From the NCBI GenBank assembly GCA_902543295.1, contig CACBXW010000003.1, forward strand, positions 134,598 through 198,597: a stretch of 64,000 bases of DNA, written 5' to 3'. The stretch comes from an uncultured Pelagibacteraceae bacterium. Lineage in GTDB: Bacteria; Pseudomonadota; Alphaproteobacteria; Pelagibacterales; Pelagibacteraceae. Position numbers and translations under genes: made by a program. The first letter of the stretch is position 1. Each line of letters starts with the position of its first letter. This document shows positions 62,034 to 64,000 of the stretch, piece by piece. Below the pieces are notes generated by a model, which saw nothing but the letters and a program-made list of their open reading frames with translations, had not been told where the DNA came from and did not search any database.

Positions 62034-63711
62034 GTTCTTAAAAATTTTTTGTTTTATAATATTAATTCTATACCAAACAAATCTCTATTCAAAAGCAGCG
62101 AATGAAAAAGAATTCAACCAGAAGTATCTATCAAATTATCTTTCAGCATTATTATCATTTGATAACCAGAAAAATAACGATGCTCTTAAGTTTTTTGAAA
62201 ATTCAAAAATATTAATTCAATCACATGATAGTTTTTTGCAAGAATATGTATTTTCTTTACTTTTGGATGGACAGGTTAAAAAAGCAATTAAACAAGTAAA
62301 ATATTCTAATACCTCAATAGGAGGAGATTTTTTTGAAGGAAATTTATTATTAATTTTGGATAGCATTAACAAGAAAAAGTTTAAACAAGCAGCTGTGAAG
62401 TTAAAAAAATTGGAAAAGTTCAAAGAAGACGACTCATACAAATTTATAATTTATTCTAGCTTAAAAAGTTACATTGATCTTTTTATATATAAAAAATCTG
62501 ACATTGTTGAGCAATTTGGAAAATTAGATTTGATAAACATGGCTTTTCAAAATTGTTATTTGAATTCCAAAAAAACTGAGCCTTATTTTTTAAATTTAAT
62601 TAACGATCCTCAAAATGATTACTCTAGATATACTTTTTTTTATTTGAGTAACGAAGTGTCTAATAATGACCTTGCAACAGTTGATAATTTTGCAGATACA
62701 ATAGATCCTTTAAGAAGTAGTTTGCTTATTTCTCAAGTAAAAAAATGGATAGATGAAAAAAAATATACAAAATTAACACAGCATTTTTCATGTCAAAATG
62801 AGAATGATATTTTGGCAGAATTCTTTTTCCTTATATCTAATTTTTATTCATCTCAAAGTAGATTTGATTACTCAAACATATATTTAAATATTTCAAATTA
62901 TTTAAATCCAAAATTTTATTTTAATTTATCATTAATAGCTGAAAACTATCAATCTAATAATAATTATGATCTAGCAAAAAAAACTTTCGAAAAATTTGAT
63001 GATAAGGATGAAATATTTTTTTGGTACAAAACAAAGAAGATTGCCAGAATTATAGCAGAGGAAGAAAATTATGATGCAAGTTTGAACTATATATTAAAAA
63101 ATCTTGAAAAATTTAATAATAAATCGACAAAGATGATTTATGATTTGGCAAATATTTACAAAAACTTTAAAAAATATGATGAGGCTATAAATTATTATAG
63201 TTTGGCCTTAAAAAATTTGGATAAAAATTCTATGGCTTATGCAGATGTTCTTTATCGCAGAGGTGGAGCGTATGAAAGATTAAAAAATTATGATTTGGCG
63301 GATAAGGATTTGCTAAATTCAATTAAAATTAGACCCAACGAACCCTATACACTTAACTATCTCGCTTATAGTTGGTTAGAAAGAGGATATAAAATTGAAG
63401 AAGCAATAGAAATGTTAAATCAAGCTTACAAAGGGAAAGAAGAAGACCCTTATATAACAGACTCAGTTGGTTGGGGTTATTATTTGACAGGAAATTATAT
63501 TGAGGCAGAAAAATATTTAAGAAAAGCTGTTGAATTGTTACCAAGTGATCCTGTTGCAAGTGATCATTATGGAGATGTTCTTTGGCAATTAAATAGAAAA
63601 ATCCAAGCTAATTATTTTTGGAAAAGTGCTTTAAATAGCGATGAAGCAGACGAAGAATTAAAAATTAAAGTTAAGGAAAAATTATATAATGGCTTAAATA
63701 ATAATTCTTAA
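62032..63711 (+). CDS. Secreted tetratricopeptide (TPR) repeat protein
   Basis: Signal peptide. Several C-terminal TPR units (ANIYKNFKKYDEAINYYSLALK, YRRGGAYERLKNYDLADKDLLNSIKIRP...). The position upstream of ispE is common in alphaproteobacteria. Confidence 0.7.
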   Translation: MFLKIFCFIILILYQTNLYSKAANEKEFNQKYLSNYLSALLSFDNQKNNDALKFFENSKILIQSHDSFLQEYVFSLLLDGQVKKAIKQVKYSNTSIGGDFFEGNLLLILDSINKKKFKQAAVKLKKLEKFKEDDSYKFIIYSSLKSYIDLFIYKKSDIVEQFGKLDLINMAFQNCYLNSKKTEPYFLNLINDPQNDYSRYTFFYLSNEVSNNDLATVDNFADTIDPLRSSLLISQVKKWIDEKKYTKLTQHFSCQNENDILAEFFFLISNFYSSQSRFDYSNIYLNISNYLNPKFYFNLSLIAENYQSNNNYDLAKKTFEKFDDKDEIFFWYKTKKIARIIAEEENYDASLNYILKNLEKFNNKSTKMIYDLANIYKNFKKYDEAINYYSLALKNLDKNSMAYADVLYRRGGAYERLKNYDLADKDLLNSIKIRPNEPYTLNYLAYSWLERGYKIEEAIEMLNQAYKGKEEDPYITDSVGWGYYLTGNYIEAEKYLRKAVELLPSDPVASDHYGDVLWQLNRKIQANYFWKSALNSDEADEELKIKVKEKLYNGLNNNS

Positions 63712-64000
63712 ATGAAGTTTCATAAAATAAAATCTTTTGCAAAAGTTAACTTAACTTTAAAAATTCTAAATAAATACTCAAATGGTTATCATAAAATTGA
63801 AAGTTTAATATCTAAGATCAATTTGGCTGATGAGATTTTAATAAAAGAGATACAAGGTTCAAAAAATAGAATATCGTTTAGTGGTAAATTTTCCTCAAAT
63901 ATTTCAAATACAAATACAATCTCGAAATTACTAAAAATATTAAATAATTATAATTATATTAAAAATAAAAAATTCAATATCAAAGTAAAAAAAAATATAC
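63712..64000 (+). CDS. ispE: 4-diphosphocytidyl-2-C-methyl-D-erythritol kinase, N-terminal part (runs off right edge)
   Basis: Hand translation from the ATG at 63712: MKFHKIKSFAKVNLTLKILNKYSNGYHKIESLISKINLADEI... This matches the IspE N-terminal pattern (K.NL.L.I......GYH.L.S). Confidence 0.75.
   Translation, partial: MKFHKIKSFAKVNLTLKILNKYSNGYHKIESLISKINLADEILIKEIQGSKNRISFSGKFSSNISNTNTISKLLKILNNYNYIKNKKFNIKVKKNI

Overview
This window is strongly AT-rich (about 30% GC by eye) and extremely gene-dense. It reads as core chromosome of a streamlined marine alphaproteobacterium, most consistent with SAR11 / Candidatus Pelagibacter. Nearly all of it is housekeeping operons with overlapping or abutting start and stop codons.

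Main gene sets, in order:
- a glyoxylate-shunt pair: a RamB/ScfR-type regulator divergent from aceA
- tldD-pmbA, typA and groESL
- ribF-ileS-lspA
- msbA-waaA-lpxK-lpxL-ubiA
- a complete aa3 cytochrome oxidase cluster (ctaC-D-B-coxF-like-G-E-SURF1), followed by thrC and a peroxiredoxin
- one long minus-strand run from dciA to rnhA: DUF721/dciA, dsbA, smc, the F0 ATP synthase genes (atpI-B-E-F'-F), the retinal pathway (crtI-crtB-crtY-blh), then ispH-thrB-rnhA
- a DNA-maintenance group: mutY, ccrM, rnhB and a family-4 uracil-DNA glycosylase (UDG)

I found no rRNA, tRNA, CRISPR array, transposase or integrase, and no recognisable defence or novel multi-gene system.

The observations most worth a second look are:
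1. A 17-bp perfect direct repeat, embedded in GC-rich hairpins, brackets a one-gene DUF805 cassette. The same locus has an orphan opposite-strand terminator.
2. The SMC protein is unusually short and appears to lack a hinge.
3. Three sub-threshold small ORFs are missing from the ORF track. One is a translationally coupled 56-aa membrane protein between blh and ispH.
4. RamB-box-like operators lie between the regulator and aceA.
5. A pair of GANTC sites sits in a hairpin just upstream of ccrM.
6. A Lys-rich protein is encoded through several 8-11 nt poly-A tracts.
7. Gene packing is extreme, with shared TTAA stops between convergent genes and CATATG / CATG head-to-head start codons.

All functional calls come from motif recognition in the supplied translations. 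No database search was run.
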